Below, in pieces: positions 37,901 to 51,721 of a stretch of DNA of 64,000 nt; position 1 is the first letter of the stretch; each line of letters opens with the position of its first letter. The stretch covers positions 34,536,001 to 34,600,000 of the forward strand of contig NW_024704742.1 of NCBI RefSeq assembly GCF_018977255.1, in the 5' to 3' direction. The position numbers were made by a program, and so were the translations under genes. This DNA comes from Callorhinchus milii (Eukaryota). The notes under the pieces were generated by a model. It worked only from the letters and a program-made list of their open reading frames with translations. It did no database searches and was not told the DNA's origin.

Positions 37901-40900
37901 GAAAGCAGAGGGAGTTGTAGGGATTTTGTAAAGGTGATCCAGAGAGAAGGGGCAATATGATTGAAAGCTCATCTCCTGATAATTTGGTGGAGCAGGCAGA
38001 GAGCAGTCAGAGTTGGTGAATCAGAGGGTGTGGCTCAGAAAGTAGGATCACAGGAGATCAGAGAAAGGTTGTGGCAAGGTGATTGAGGTATTGAAAGTAA
38101 AGACAAGGTGTTTCTCTCTGCTCCACCTATTCAAGCTGTCAATTGAGGTTATACCTGAACTTGTGCCTTTCCTTTTTCTTTACTGGTATAGATGTTGCTC
38201 TATATCTCCAATCTACCAAATATCAGCTACTTGCCTTCAAGCTACTTTGCTGCAAATAGCAACCAGTTCTTAATATTGAAGAACAAATAGGAATATTTAC
38301 ATATAATGTGATCTCAAATTTCTGCTGTGTTACATTGATAACATTGCAATTGTGAAACTTCTAACTCTCCCTCAGAAGGCTCTATTGATTCCAGCTCCTT
38401 AGAGGATCAAATTTAAAATCCTTGTCCTGATTTTCAATTCCCTCCATTGTATTGCTTCATTTTACTTGGCCCTTTGATTGCATCTTGAACCAGTTACTTC
38501 TCACTAGTATCTATTGTTCGCTTTCCATTCATTTCACTTTATCATAAGTGGTTGAGCATTTATTCAGCCACCGAATTCCTCTCCTCTGAGACACTCTTCC
38601 AATATCAGTTTGTTCTTCCAGCTGCCTTCAATCACATCCAAAAGCATGTATTTGGTCAATCTTTTACATTGCTGCTTGATGTCCACCAGTATGGTAGTCA
38701 AGTCTTGTGATGTTCCTTTACTTAAAGGCACTGAAGAATATAAAAATGTAAGTCATTGTTTTGTGTGGTAAATCCAACATGTGAATTAAGCAAATTTGTG
38801 TTGTATAAATATGGCATCGTCATTGAAAAAAAAGTTTTTGTTTGTTTACAAATAAAATTGAACAATGTAACAACATAAGAGTGTGATTTTCCTATTTATA
38901 ATAATAATCTTTGCATTTGATATAGCATGTTTCAGGTCAGGAGGACTTCTCGGGATATACTGTAATGTATAGTTATTGTATTATTGGAATGAAAATGACC
39001 TACAGCTCTTCCTCCACAGACAAAAAGTTTCAAAATATTTTTTGTAAAGATATCTACCCACTCCCACACCCCACACAAAGAGTTACTTTAAAGAGATCCT
39101 GCTACTATATGCAAATTAGGGAATTTTATTCACAAAATGCTTTTGCTTTTTGTTCATTCAATTCTGATTAATTTAAAAATTCAAATCAAATTTTAATTCG
39201 ACAAATATTGATCTGTACGTGAGGATTAATTTTAGAGTTTCTGAACATTCTTTTATTTGCATTGGGTCATTTGGGGGATCTTGGCATTCACATTGAAGAT
39301 TATAGAATCATAGCTTTACAGCACAGAAGGAAACCAGCCAATCTATCGTGTCTACGCCAGCTGAAAACTGAAAACTATCCCTTCAATTCCACTCACTTGC
39401 CCTTTTCTAATACTCTTTATTATTTTCCTTTTTCAAATTCTTGCCTACAATATATAGATACATAGCTCCTGTGGCTCGCTTTGAGATGTTCCTGGCGTGA
39501 AAGGTACTATATCAAATGCAAGGATTTACTTACATAATTCTGTTTTAAAACCTAATATGCATTTTGCTTCATGATTTTCCGAAGAAGATTTGAAGTGTTA
39601 ACAAGCCCCTATGTAAGCAAAACTTTTCCAAACCTCTCCCTTCGTTTTTTGGGCAATGATCTTAAATTTATGCCCTCCAGTTACCGACTGCTAAAATTAG
39701 TTGAAAAAATGCAATATACTAATACAACATTAAGGCTATCTCAGTAATAACTTAAAAATCTAGTCTTAAAAAACATGTCAAAGAGCTGGCAAATAAAAAA
39801 GGGCTACGCCTCTCACCCTTATCACAGGATCTGTATAAAAAAGAAAGCAAAGAGCTATAATTATCTTCAGTACTTCAGCTGACTAATAAATGGGGCATCA
39901 TCTTAAAATTAGAGCGAGGCCAATCAGGAGTGAAATTAGTTAGCTTTTCACCCAAAAGGTAGTGGAAATCTGGAACTCTCTCCCCCAAAAGGCTATAGAT
40001 ATTGGATCCATTCACATTTTCAAGACTGAGGTGGATAGATATTTGTTAGGTCAGGGTATTAAGGGATATGGGGCAAAGGCAGGTAATTGGACTTGAGGTA
40101 CACATCAGCCATGATATTACAGAATAGCAGAACAGGCTCAAGGGGCAGAATGGCCCACTCCTGTTTCTATGAATGAGTGAGAAACATATGGGTTTATTTA
40201 CATAGCCTTTAATGGTTACTAGACCTCATTAGTCAAATAATTCCTCTAAGTAAATTATTCTATATCCTGCCTGGTAAATTCTAAAATAGATTTATTTGTG
40301 CTGCTTCTTATTCCTTTAGTCGGAACGCTCCTCATTCACTTATTAAGAATCATCTGGGTTACCATAACATTTTTCCTGTTAGAAACTTCTGGGAAAGTTG
40401 TATCATGAAAGAAGGGATTAGAGTTGCTTTGTAATTGACTCCCCATTACAAACATGCAATGTTCCAGAAATTAATCTGAATTGAATTACTAGGTTTTGTG
40501 GTACCAATCTTTCCCCAAAAAGGTAAAGTGATAATATTTAAACAAAGTATTTTATTTTGCCAACACTCTGTCTTTTTCCCTTTCATACTAAAGTTGCTGA
40601 CTTGGAATAGGATAAGAATAACAGTTGAGCCCTCTTCCTTCTCAACCACCATCCACAGATGTGCACTGTGTAACTAGTGTTCAGGAATGGAAGCATTACC
40701 TGATTTGACACTCTTCTATCTCAAGCCTACTGAGGTCAATGGTAGTACTCATAAACCTGTAACTTTAGGATCTATTTGGCCTCATCCACCTTTTCCCATC
40801 AGGTCCATTGAGGTATTTTCTAATTATTTCTCTGAATTTTGTTTCCTTGAAATTACATTTATTACAGGCATGTGCTAAAATAGTCTCTAAAAATCATGAA

Positions 40901-43900
40901 TCCTAGACGTGACAACAAGCCGATCAACAGAGATACAGAAGTTTATCTAATTTCAAATGCTTTTCAAATAAAATTCATCACATTTTTTTTCTTATCTAAT
41001 TTGTATTTGTAATCTAATCGAAAACATGTGTTATGAATGGAATCAGTAGAATGAGGCTTAACAAAATCCACAAGATCAGTTGTCTGGTAGGTCTTATTTC
41101 TAAAGTTATCTAATTTTTTCTTGTTATCTTTCTTCTGTCCCATCTGTTCCCCTTAAAGCATTGACTCTGTTGTCCTTTCACTGGTCCAGGGACAAGATAG
41201 TTTTTCCATATTTCACCCAAGAGCCCATTATTCATGTGTGAGCCTTGACAATGAGTGTTTGCAAACTGTTTAACTGTGAGGAGGGGGTGAGAGTAGAGTC
41301 ATTCAACATCCATGCATACTTCCATCAAGGGTTACCATTGTTTTCATTTATAAAACTTATGGCATGTTTTCAATTAAGAAAAAATAATTTTAACAAATGT
41401 TTATGTTGCTAGAGGGCAGGAATGCTGAGCTGATTTGTTTCCTCCTCTGGGCACTGAGACCAATTGTAACAGGCCTTCTGGTCCCAGATGAGATGAGTGA
41501 ACTCAGGCCAGCTCACGATCCCACCTGGGAAGTTTCCCTTCCAATGGGCTTGGATTACCCATAGAATAAACACTCATGTTTTCATGCAGCGTTGTATGAT
41601 GTCTCAATGAAAAGTGGATTTTGTTTCTTCCGTTCTATACAGTATTCCTATTTTACTGCTCTCTATCGACAAGAGTGTCACAAAACAGATTAAATGCTAA
41701 CTGCATTTGGTGGTGAGATTTTATCCGAGGTACAGTCTATTGTCTATCACAATAGAGACTTATAGTAACTTGTAGTAACAGTCTTGCTTGCAATATTACT
41801 TCTTATTATGATAAAACAGAAAATGCTGGAAATGTACACCCGATAGTTAGCATCTGAAAGAGACAAAGAGGTTAATGTTTTGGTGTGTGTCCATTCCTCA
41901 AGTGAAGAGGTGCCTCTGGAACATTAATGCATCTTTCTCTTTCAGATACTAGCCTGTCTGCTGTACATTTCCAACATCTTCTGTTTTGATCTTTGTGAAA
42001 CTACCCCCATTCTACATAACACGTAGACCGGTTTTACTAGAAGGCAGTATGGCTAAAATGACAGATTAACATTTCTATGCTTGCCTTCCTCATACTTCTC
42101 TCAGTTCAATAAAATTTACCTTCAGTTCGCCAACAGTGATACGATGAGTTCTTCATTGGAATCCGGAATAAAATGAGATCTAACAATAAAACAAAAAACT
42201 ATGCAGTGGCCAGCACTCAAAAATCAAAAGCAGTTTTTTGTTTATTTCCAATATTCTAATTTCACAAAAAATTGCTACGAAAAGGAACCAAATTTACTTT
42301 TTTTAAAAACTTTTCTTTCTCCATAAACACAAGCCCGCGAGGTTTGAAATTCCATCTTCATATCAATTTTTTCTTAAAATTTAAGATTGTGCAGTATTTG
42401 TGGAAAATTCTTAAATTTAGTTTTAATTGGGAAGGTTTTTTTAGAACTGTGAAAAACAGTCTTCTGAATTAGGTCTGAATGTAAGATTTTTCCACAACTC
42501 TGCATAAATCTTAAATTTAAAGACCTAATGGTCAGAGTGGAATTTAGGACTCTACTGATCCACTGATGTTATCAGAGAGTAAAAACCTCTACCTGCTTTC
42601 CCATGCAGAACGGACAGTGAAATCAAATGCCAATTTATCTGACCTGACATGTATTTGTGTGTCCCAAGAATGACAGTTTGCTAACATTCAAAACAAATCT
42701 TTGGTGTCCAAATGAAGCAAATTCAGAAGTTCTAAAATCCACTCATGATTGACCTCACTGGCAAAAAGAAATGATCATCAGAGTCCTCTGCTCTTTCTGC
42801 TATCTTGTAATGTAGGCAACCACCGTGCTTGCTCAATATTGTTTAAAATCCCACTCTATCTTACAAAGAAAAGTTCTGCAATAAATATTCATGGTTATCC
42901 AAAGGTTATTAAGCACCCATCCCCAAATATTCATCCAAGCTCACATTTCGACTGTTTAATTGTAGACTCCTGCCCACAAACAGTCAATGTTCCACTCTAC
43001 CCATGACTATAGAGATAAAGCAATAGTGTCCAACAGAATATTTACTCCTAATGTAACCAGTTATCTGAATTCTTGAAACTGGTCCAGACACTGAAGACTA
43101 GCAGATTCAGTGGAAACGTTCAGCATTGTATTTATCAGTGATAGGCTACCAGGCAGTGTTAAACTACTTAACCCTCTTTCTTATGTACTAAGTTTGCTGC
43201 TGATGACCTTATGCCTGGTTAACATGATACGAAACATTGGAAAATACTGAGTTTATACCATTCTGATTAGGGCATTATAATAATAATAATATAATAATCC
43301 TTGCATTCAATATCGTGCTTTTCACGTCTTCTAGACATCCCAAAGCGCTTCACAGAACATACTGTAAAGTGAATTGACTGTATATTTGTGGGCGAACGCG
43401 GCATCCAATTGCGCACAGGTCTTATGTGATGGGGGTACGGAATTTAGTGCAGATGAGAATACGGGTGACGGTTTATTGTGTTCCATTTAGAAAGAATTTC
43501 CAGTAGAGTTTTGCATAAATAAAGTGGAGACATTCATATGATATCTTTGAACATCTTTGAATCACACCCACATACAAATATATTCTTAAATTGAAACCTT
43601 ATCAGTTTATTCTGACACAAAACAGAAAGCACATTCTTTCTGTCATCATCACTTGTAATAATTATAGCAATATTTATCTTAGCACTTCATCACTTAAAAC
43701 ATCTCAAAAGTAATTGCTGTCAAGTGAAGTGACTATTTTTGTAGTTAAATGTGGCAGCCGGTTTGCACATAGTAAGATCCCACAGAGAGTAATGCGTAAA
43801 TGGCAAGGACAGGACAACTCCATCTCTTTTCAAATAGTGTCTTGGAATCTTTAATGTCCACCAGCAAAATCTTAGTTTTAATTTCTCTTCCAAAGAACAG

Positions 43901-44079
43901 TACTTCCAAACAACAATGAAGCTTCCCCTCACCCCCAAAGGCTAATCTAGACAATGAGCTCAAGTCCTGACATGAATTCATAACTTTCCGACCCAATGTG
44001 ATATTTCTATGAAGTTACCCAAATTTTCACTTGAGTAGTAGGTCCATAAGAAATACAGGACTTTTATTTCACACACATT
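31918..44079 (+). repeat. Segmental duplication, copy 2, ending at an assembly gap
   Basis: Near-identical to 14656-26852. Confidence 0.97.
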
Positions 44080-44104
44080 NNNNNNNNNNNNNNNNNNNNN
44101 NNNN
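44080..44104. other. Assembly gap (25 N)
   Basis: Run of N. Confidence 1.
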
Positions 44105-45192
44105 TTGAGAGGCGAGTACTCAAACCACTAAGCTACAGGACTCTAATTTAACATCTTTCTGCAAGAATCTGAGTGCGTATCTGGTTACAAGAAGGACTAA
44201 ATTGCACAGGTGCTAAAATAACATGGTTGTCGCTATCTTTCTCTTGAGTGTAAGAATGCTGTTTGAAATACAGCAAGGTTTCTCTAATGTTACATGGTTG
44301 CTTTATAAACTGGGCAAGTTTTCTCATCCTGGAAGACAATATCTGCGGTTATTTGCCTCCCTCTGGAGACTGAATGTGAGACTGTTCAAGTTATACATGA
44401 CTCATTGGAAGGAATGGATGTGAAGCATCAAATGGCCTTTTCTCACTCTTGACTTTGTCATAATTTACCTAAATTACTGAGATTAGACCATAGCCTTGAA
44501 CATATTGTGTTGGTATCGGTTATTATGTATTGTATACAGGGTTTGATTTCATGTGGGAAATATTTATTCTGTTTTACTGCCAGCGATTGTCAGTACATCC
44601 CGTGCCCTTGATATCTGGTGACTTTCACAAAGATGTGTGATATGATTACTTCAGGTTTATTCAGAAAAAAAATATTGTCAAGATGTTCTGCACTGATAGA
44701 AATAGTGGGTGACGAACCAGGTTGGAACTGTCTGTTTCAGACATAATGTTCCCCTCGTATTGGCCTTCAAACCTTGTTGATGGTAGTATTAGCGTGTTGG
44801 AGATTTGACAATCCTGTTGCTAACATGAACTTGGTAAATGTGCAAATAATTGAAAAGCAGCAGAAGATTATGTTGCTGACAATGCTGGATCTACGCCAGG
44901 CCCATTACCCATTATCGTGAGATATTAGTAATTCTGAACATGGTACTGATATTTCCTCCTGACCTGCAGTCTGACCACCCCCCACTCCTCCATTTTTCTG
45001 GAAACTTCTGCCGCTCAAGGTTAAATATGATAAGATGTGTCTCATACTGTACTCGACCTGGAGGATGCAAGAACTGTCTGGCCTCAAAGTACATTGTTAT
45101 CATGCAACTATGTACACACAGAGAATAACCTTGACTTGCTGTTCCCATGGATGACATTTACTGCCCCACCCCTCCGTTTTCCCCCATCCCTC
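44105..45192 (+). repeat. 1088-bp direct duplication, copy 1
   Basis: Apparently identical to 46394-47481 (offset 2289). Confidence 0.97.
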
Positions 45193-45797
45193 GACTTTAC
45201 AATGAATTCAGGAGTTGCATGCTGTGAAAAACATGTGCTGCACATTGCGACTCATATCAAAGAGGTAAGGTGCTTTACGTATGCTGAAAGGTGCCGTGAC
45301 CTATACTGGTGGAGACAAAAGGAGGAACCATTCACATGAAAATCATGGATACAAGTGTTATATCTTCCATGGCACAGTGAACTGAAGCATTAATGAACAC
45401 TGTCACGTGTCACCAATAATTTAGCTTTATTTAGCTTCTGAATTTGGGCTAGGCATTTCTGTTTTGAGTGAGGCTGTTTGAACATTTACTAAGTATAAAC
45501 TAGAAAGTGAAAGTATTTATTTTTTAAAAGAATTCAGTTTTACCCACTTATTTCCATCTATTTCCTTGTATTAGGAATGCAGGGTGATCAGTCTTTCTGG
45601 TTGTCAATGAGTTCCAATAGCAACAAATAAATCATCAGAACTCAAATCCATAGTTTTACTCACCTATAATTTGCTCCTGCTTTGTTTTGCATTGAGATAA
45701 TGATGATAATCCTATCAGTGATGTACCTTAAAGATGTTATATATACCAATTCATTGTTGTAAATATGGTCCAGACCTCAAATTAATATTAAATACTT

Positions 45798-46210
45798 ATA
45801 ATAATCCTTGAATTTGACATAGTGTCTTATTGCGATATCAAAATGAATCAAAGCTTTTTACAATATTTTACTGTAGTTTTAGTGACTACATATTTGATGG
45901 TGAAAGTGAATGCAGCGGCCAATTTGTACACAGCAATGTCTCACAAACAACTATAAGGTGAATAACCAATTCTATCGGAAGGATTGTTAGCCAGGAAATC
46001 AGGAGAGAATCCCTTCCCTTTTTGAATAGTGCCATAGGATCTTTAATGTCCACCTGAACAGGTGGATGGGGCCTTGATTTACCATCTCATTCAATATACG
46101 AGAATGTCTGACAATACAACGCTCTCCCAGGACTGCATTTGAATGTCAGCCTGGACTATTAACCACATGCTTTCTAACTCAAGAGTGCTATTAATTGAGC
46201 CAGGCTGATA
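45798..46210 (-). mobile_element. Old DeuSINE
   Basis: tttgaatagtgccataggatctttaatgtccacctgaacag (Deu domain, reverse complement). Confidence 0.8.
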
Positions 46211-46393
46211 ACCTGTCTTAATATCGCTTTGCATTTCCCCCTAATTATTCTTTTCTTCAATGGAGAAGATCAGAGTGGAGAGTGAATCAATGCTTGTGAT
46301 CAATGTTGGCCCCAATTAACATGCAGTTCACAAACTCTAATGAAAACTCAAAAACTAGTCAGTAACAATTTTGCTGTTTTTCATTCTTATTCA

Positions 46394-47481
46394 TTGAGAG
46401 GCGAGTACTCAAACCACTAAGCTACAGGACTCTAATTTAACATCTTTCTGCAAGAATCTGAGTGCGTATCTGGTTACAAGAAGGACTAAATTGCACAGGT
46501 GCTAAAATAACATGGTTGTCGCTATCTTTCTCTTGAGTGTAAGAATGCTGTTTGAAATACAGCAAGGTTTCTCTAATGTTACATGGTTGCTTTATAAACT
46601 GGGCAAGTTTTCTCATCCTGGAAGACAATATCTGCGGTTATTTGCCTCCCTCTGGAGACTGAATGTGAGACTGTTCAAGTTATACATGACTCATTGGAAG
46701 GAATGGATGTGAAGCATCAAATGGCCTTTTCTCACTCTTGACTTTGTCATAATTTACCTAAATTACTGAGATTAGACCATAGCCTTGAACATATTGTGTT
46801 GGTATCGGTTATTATGTATTGTATACAGGGTTTGATTTCATGTGGGAAATATTTATTCTGTTTTACTGCCAGCGATTGTCAGTACATCCCGTGCCCTTGA
46901 TATCTGGTGACTTTCACAAAGATGTGTGATATGATTACTTCAGGTTTATTCAGAAAAAAAATATTGTCAAGATGTTCTGCACTGATAGAAATAGTGGGTG
47001 ACGAACCAGGTTGGAACTGTCTGTTTCAGACATAATGTTCCCCTCGTATTGGCCTTCAAACCTTGTTGATGGTAGTATTAGCGTGTTGGAGATTTGACAA
47101 TCCTGTTGCTAACATGAACTTGGTAAATGTGCAAATAATTGAAAAGCAGCAGAAGATTATGTTGCTGACAATGCTGGATCTACGCCAGGCCCATTACCCA
47201 TTATCGTGAGATATTAGTAATTCTGAACATGGTACTGATATTTCCTCCTGACCTGCAGTCTGACCACCCCCCACTCCTCCATTTTTCTGGAAACTTCTGC
47301 CGCTCAAGGTTAAATATGATAAGATGTGTCTCATACTGTACTCGACCTGGAGGATGCAAGAACTGTCTGGCCTCAAAGTACATTGTTATCATGCAACTAT
47401 GTACACACAGAGAATAACCTTGACTTGCTGTTCCCATGGATGACATTTACTGCCCCACCCCTCCGTTTTCCCCCATCCCTC
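46394..47481 (+). repeat. 1088-bp direct duplication, copy 2
   Basis: Apparently identical to 44105-45192. Confidence 0.97.
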
Positions 47482-47483
47482 AC

Positions 47484-47552
47484 CTCAATCTCACAGGACA
47501 GGAGAATTTCATTATCAAAGTCCATACCCGGAATGTAAACTTCAGTTTCATT
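47484..47552 (-). CDS. Candidate exon NETEVYIPGMDFDNEILLSCEIE (alternative acceptor at 47620)
   Basis: Acceptor tatcctgtccag, donor GAG|gtgagg, open frame. Confidence 0.35.
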
Positions 47553-48147
47553 CTGGACAGGATAATTAACCAGCAAAGTATTGAACGAGTTATATAATTC
47601 ATTTTTTAGGGTCACACACACTAATGTATGCAATTTCTACAACTCGAAATTCTCAACTCCGTTATTCCTAGTTGCTATCCCTTCATACGGGATAGCATCT
47701 CGGAATAACAGTGGCTTAAGAGTGGCAGATCCTGCGCCAGGGTGAGGGAGGAGGTGTGGGTAGGCACCATTGAAGAGGAATATCTTCAGGCATGATCTGA
47801 AAATCACAGCGGGGGTAAGGCGGAGGGATTGATAGAGAGAGTTCCAAAGTTTTGGGGCATAGTGACTGAAAAAACAGCCGTCAAAGTTGGTGGGGACGAG
47901 GGACAAGCAAGAGGCCGGAGCCACCCGAACGGAGGCGACTTCTGAAGATAATAATTTTAGCATTTAGTGTAGAATACGATGATTCGCCAGGTAATACAAC
48001 CTCTGGTTTTTTACACTAACTTGACAACTGACTTAACCTCAGACACAATGAACCACAGGCAAACTTCTAAAGTGGTGAATCTGTGAAGTTCTTCCCTGAC
48101 CCCAAATGATAATATTATAGAAGATAAGGTCTTACACTGTATCCTAT

Positions 48148-48380
48148 GGGGTAGAAATTCCACCTGGGTATAGATTTACTCTACTATTTTAGAATTTCAA
48201 AGCATTCAGAATTTGTCAAATTCTTAAATGCAATCTTAATCGTGGAGCCAATTGTTTTTAATTTAAAGAAACAGCAGAAACCGCTGTCAAAGTTAAATCT
48301 GAATTCGACAGTTTGACAAATTCTAGATGCTCTGAAATGCTACATAGAGTAAATACAGACTCAGGTGGAATTTCTACCTC
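48148..48380. mobile_element. Palindromic MITE, PIF/Harbinger-like
   Basis: TIRs GGGGTAGAAATTCCACCTGGGT / ACTCAGGTGGAATTTCTACCTC, 3-bp TSD TAT on both sides, and internal arms that also pair. Confidence 0.8.
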
Positions 48381-49394
48381 TATATTATTTAGGACTGCCC
48401 TATTCCATTCCACTGATGACGTTTGTCCAGTTTTGCCAGTTTAGAAGCTGCAGTTCTAGATTATTTATTCAACTGTGTCTATATTTTATCCTCTTAACCT
48501 TAGTCTTGTTATACCAATCAGTTGTTTGCACAGCCCTTTTTTTAAAAAAAAGGAATCAAGAAACTTTGCTTTGCATGCAATCCCTTTGGCTTCTACCAAT
48601 TGGGGAAAAACATTTCTTCTAAGCTTGTCAATTGTGTACCCTTGTCAGTTTTATGATCATAGTCCAGACTTAAATACTGCACTTTCATCTATAATATCCA
48701 TCTTTTTTCATTATTTTGATCTTCTGCTGTATCTATGTTCCTTCTGAGTGTTCTTTTCCTCAGGGAAAACAAGTTCAGTTCTTCTCCTTAAATCCAATAT
48801 CGCCCTTGTCCACAGCATCATAAAATACTGCAGAATCACAAAAAACACAGAAACATGCCATTTTCCCATCATGTCTGCACTGGTATAGTTCTCTATACAA
48901 ATCCGTAGTCTAATCCAATTCTTTCTCTCTATCCCCATTCACTGAAATACCCTTCCTTTTCAATCATTTAACTAAAATTCCTTATTAAAATAAATTACAG
49001 ACTCTGCCTCAACAACGGTTTGTGGCAGAGATGCCCACATTTAAACGTGTAAAGAAATATTTTCTAATCGACCCCTTTATTCTTCCTGTAATTATAATTT
49101 ATTTGTGCCCTTTCGTTGCTACCTGGCTGACCAGCGCAAATAATGTATCATTATTTGAATATTGCAATTTAACCCATCATTAAGTTTCATAATCTTGCAG
49201 ACTTCAGTCAGGTCACCCGAGAGGCTCTTCTTGTTCTTCTGATTCTTCACCACATCACTATCCTTTTGAAGGGAACTTTCACATATCTGCAGACAGTATC
49301 AGCTTTCGCCTAGAAAATACAGTCACCACACTTAACTTTAAATCCTGTGAGGTGCTTTTAATGTGCTTCCGATGTGAAAGACACAATATCACAT

Positions 49395-49708
49395 TGGAGT
49401 CCTGTAGCTCAGTGGTTAGAGCACTCGCTTTGCAAGTGAGTTCAATTCCAGGCAGAGGGCGAAACCTTGGGCAAGTTTTCTTACTCCACACGACTAATAA
49501 TAATTCCTCCAAAAAAACAAAAACAATAATAAATTGGTCATTTTCAATCTACGACTGTTTGTGGGACATTGCTGTGCGCAATTGGCTGCCGCGTTCGCCC
49601 ACAAATATACAGTCAATTCATTTTACAGTGTGTTCTGTGAAGCGCTTTGGGACGTCCTCCCACGTGAAGAGCGCTATATTAAATGCAAGGATTATTATTA
49701 TTATTATT
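49395..49708 (+). mobile_element. Young tRNA-Ala/Deu SINE, short form
   Basis: Head TAGCTCAGTGGTTAGAGC with a small internal deletion; L2-like tail. Confidence 0.95.
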
Positions 49709-51011
49709 CAAGAATTATTCCAAAAGAATCCTGGCCAATGACTTAAAAAAAAGTATTAAGTTATGAGTTTCAATTTAAAAACAATTTCCCTTTATACCAA
49801 AAGGAGAGGCAGCGTAATAAATAATTGGAATCTGCTGACCTAAGTGGCTGAGGTTCTCCCTGAACTTTTGTATTGGTAAGCAAAGTGATTTTAATTAGAA
49901 GAAAGCTTTCCTGGGGGTTGTCAGTCATATTTTTCAACATCTTATAAATCAGCTACTTGTATGAAAAGCTGCAGCTTCTTGTGAAGTGGTAGCAGTTATA
50001 AAATCTTTCTTAAGACTTTTTTTCCCTCTATTACTGATGTCTGATTATGCACTATAGAGGGTGGAAGTAAAACCACTATTACTTGTGTTGGGATAGGAGG
50101 GTAAGTACTTTACTCATTCAATCTTGCCAATACATAGAGTACTGTGTATAACTATAAAACATGGTTTATTATAAATTGAGTGCTTTTAACAGTGGGGGAA
50201 GGCATCTTAAGAGGGTGTGTGTTATATGCAAAGATGTGAACTGAAAAAAATTATTCATTATTTTAATGGTAGCACCTCACCCAAGGTAATGTGCAGAGTT
50301 TGTCTCGCAGGTAAGAGATTATTATACAATACATTATGATTAACATTTATACTGTGCCTTTCATATCAGGAGGACGTCCCAAAGAGCTTGACAACACTGG
50401 TTGGGTATCCGTGGTGGGAAGGGAAAAGCTGATCGAAAGCACGGTCAAAGCAATATGTTTTGAAACAGGCCTTGAACAAGGGGAAGGAGGGAGCAAGTCA
50501 AGGGAATCTAGTTTGGAGTTACAGAGAGTGGCAGAATGGTTGAAAAAGTGCCACTCGCTGGGGCAGATAGGATAGGGACATGAAGCAGGCTGGTGTTCTC
50601 GTTCTGATTCTCATTCTTTTCATTGCATGTTTGTAGGGGTTATGTAAAAGTGGCATGGCTTACACTTATGAGGTTTGCTATCGAGTGGCGTAGCCTGTGG
50701 CTGAATTTTATTTGCAGTGTACTAAAGTGTGTTTTGATTTATTTTCCCCTTCAGTTAGAGGTTTGCAAGATATTTTTGTTGTGTGCCGCTGTACTGAGGT
50801 AGGACTAGTAGTAATAAACCGGAGGCATCTTCACCTTGCACGTCAGTTTTCAGTGCAATACCAGCTGTGGCTCAGCAAATGGTGTACGGTGGTAATGCTG
50901 TTCATTTATCAATTTTGAGATGACCAAGTAAATCTTCTTTGCCAAATTGTCATGTAAACAGCAATTTTCGTTGGCTTTCATCTGAACAAAAGTAGTGGAG
51001 ATAAAATGTAC

Positions 51012-51086
51012 CTTTACGACTTGCATTGACTGACAAGATACGACAGGTGGATGAATTATACAGAATCACAACCGATTCCAAAGATG
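51012..51086 (-). CDS. Candidate exon xSLESVVILYNSSTCRILSVNASRK, phase 1 to 1
   Basis: Strong acceptor ttttctactcttctaacag, donor AAG|gtacat, one open frame. Confidence 0.3.
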
Positions 51087-51721
51087 CTGTTAGAAGAGTA
51101 GAAAACCTATCTATTTCCAGCTATTATTCATTGCTGGATGAATGTAAAGTATGTGGGAGTTGTTGTAACTTCAAAGAGCTGAACCTGATCTCCACGTTGT
51201 ATTACAATTAATTGCCAATAACTATACAAAACGTGAGTCACAAAAACTTTAGCAGACTCACACTTATTATGGATATCCATATTCCCTTTGACACAATATT
51301 ATGGGCAAAATGACAGTCCATTGTACGGTAAATTTCTTCATTTCTGTGTTTCTACTTTTCAGCAATTGTACTTCACACATTTAGACAATTTAGTAACCCT
51401 GATGTAAGCACATCCTTAACCAGGAAACTAATTGTCGTCATATGTCTTCTTAGTCACTTTCACACAAGTTAACACTTTAGGATCACCCAGATGCCAGTAA
51501 ATTCTCTACCCAAATGGCATTTTGGACTGAAATCTAGGTTTTGATTCTAGTTCCACTTAAATGAGGGTTTAGCCACGTGTTAAACTGCTATGATTTTTTT
51601 TATATAGTCCTGAAATCTGCAGATTGTTGGGCATGGACTCATCTTTGGCCTTAACTGGATCATCTGCTCCAGATGAGGTTTTCTGCATCCCTGGCATCTC
51701 TTTAATATTCCAGATCTGTTG

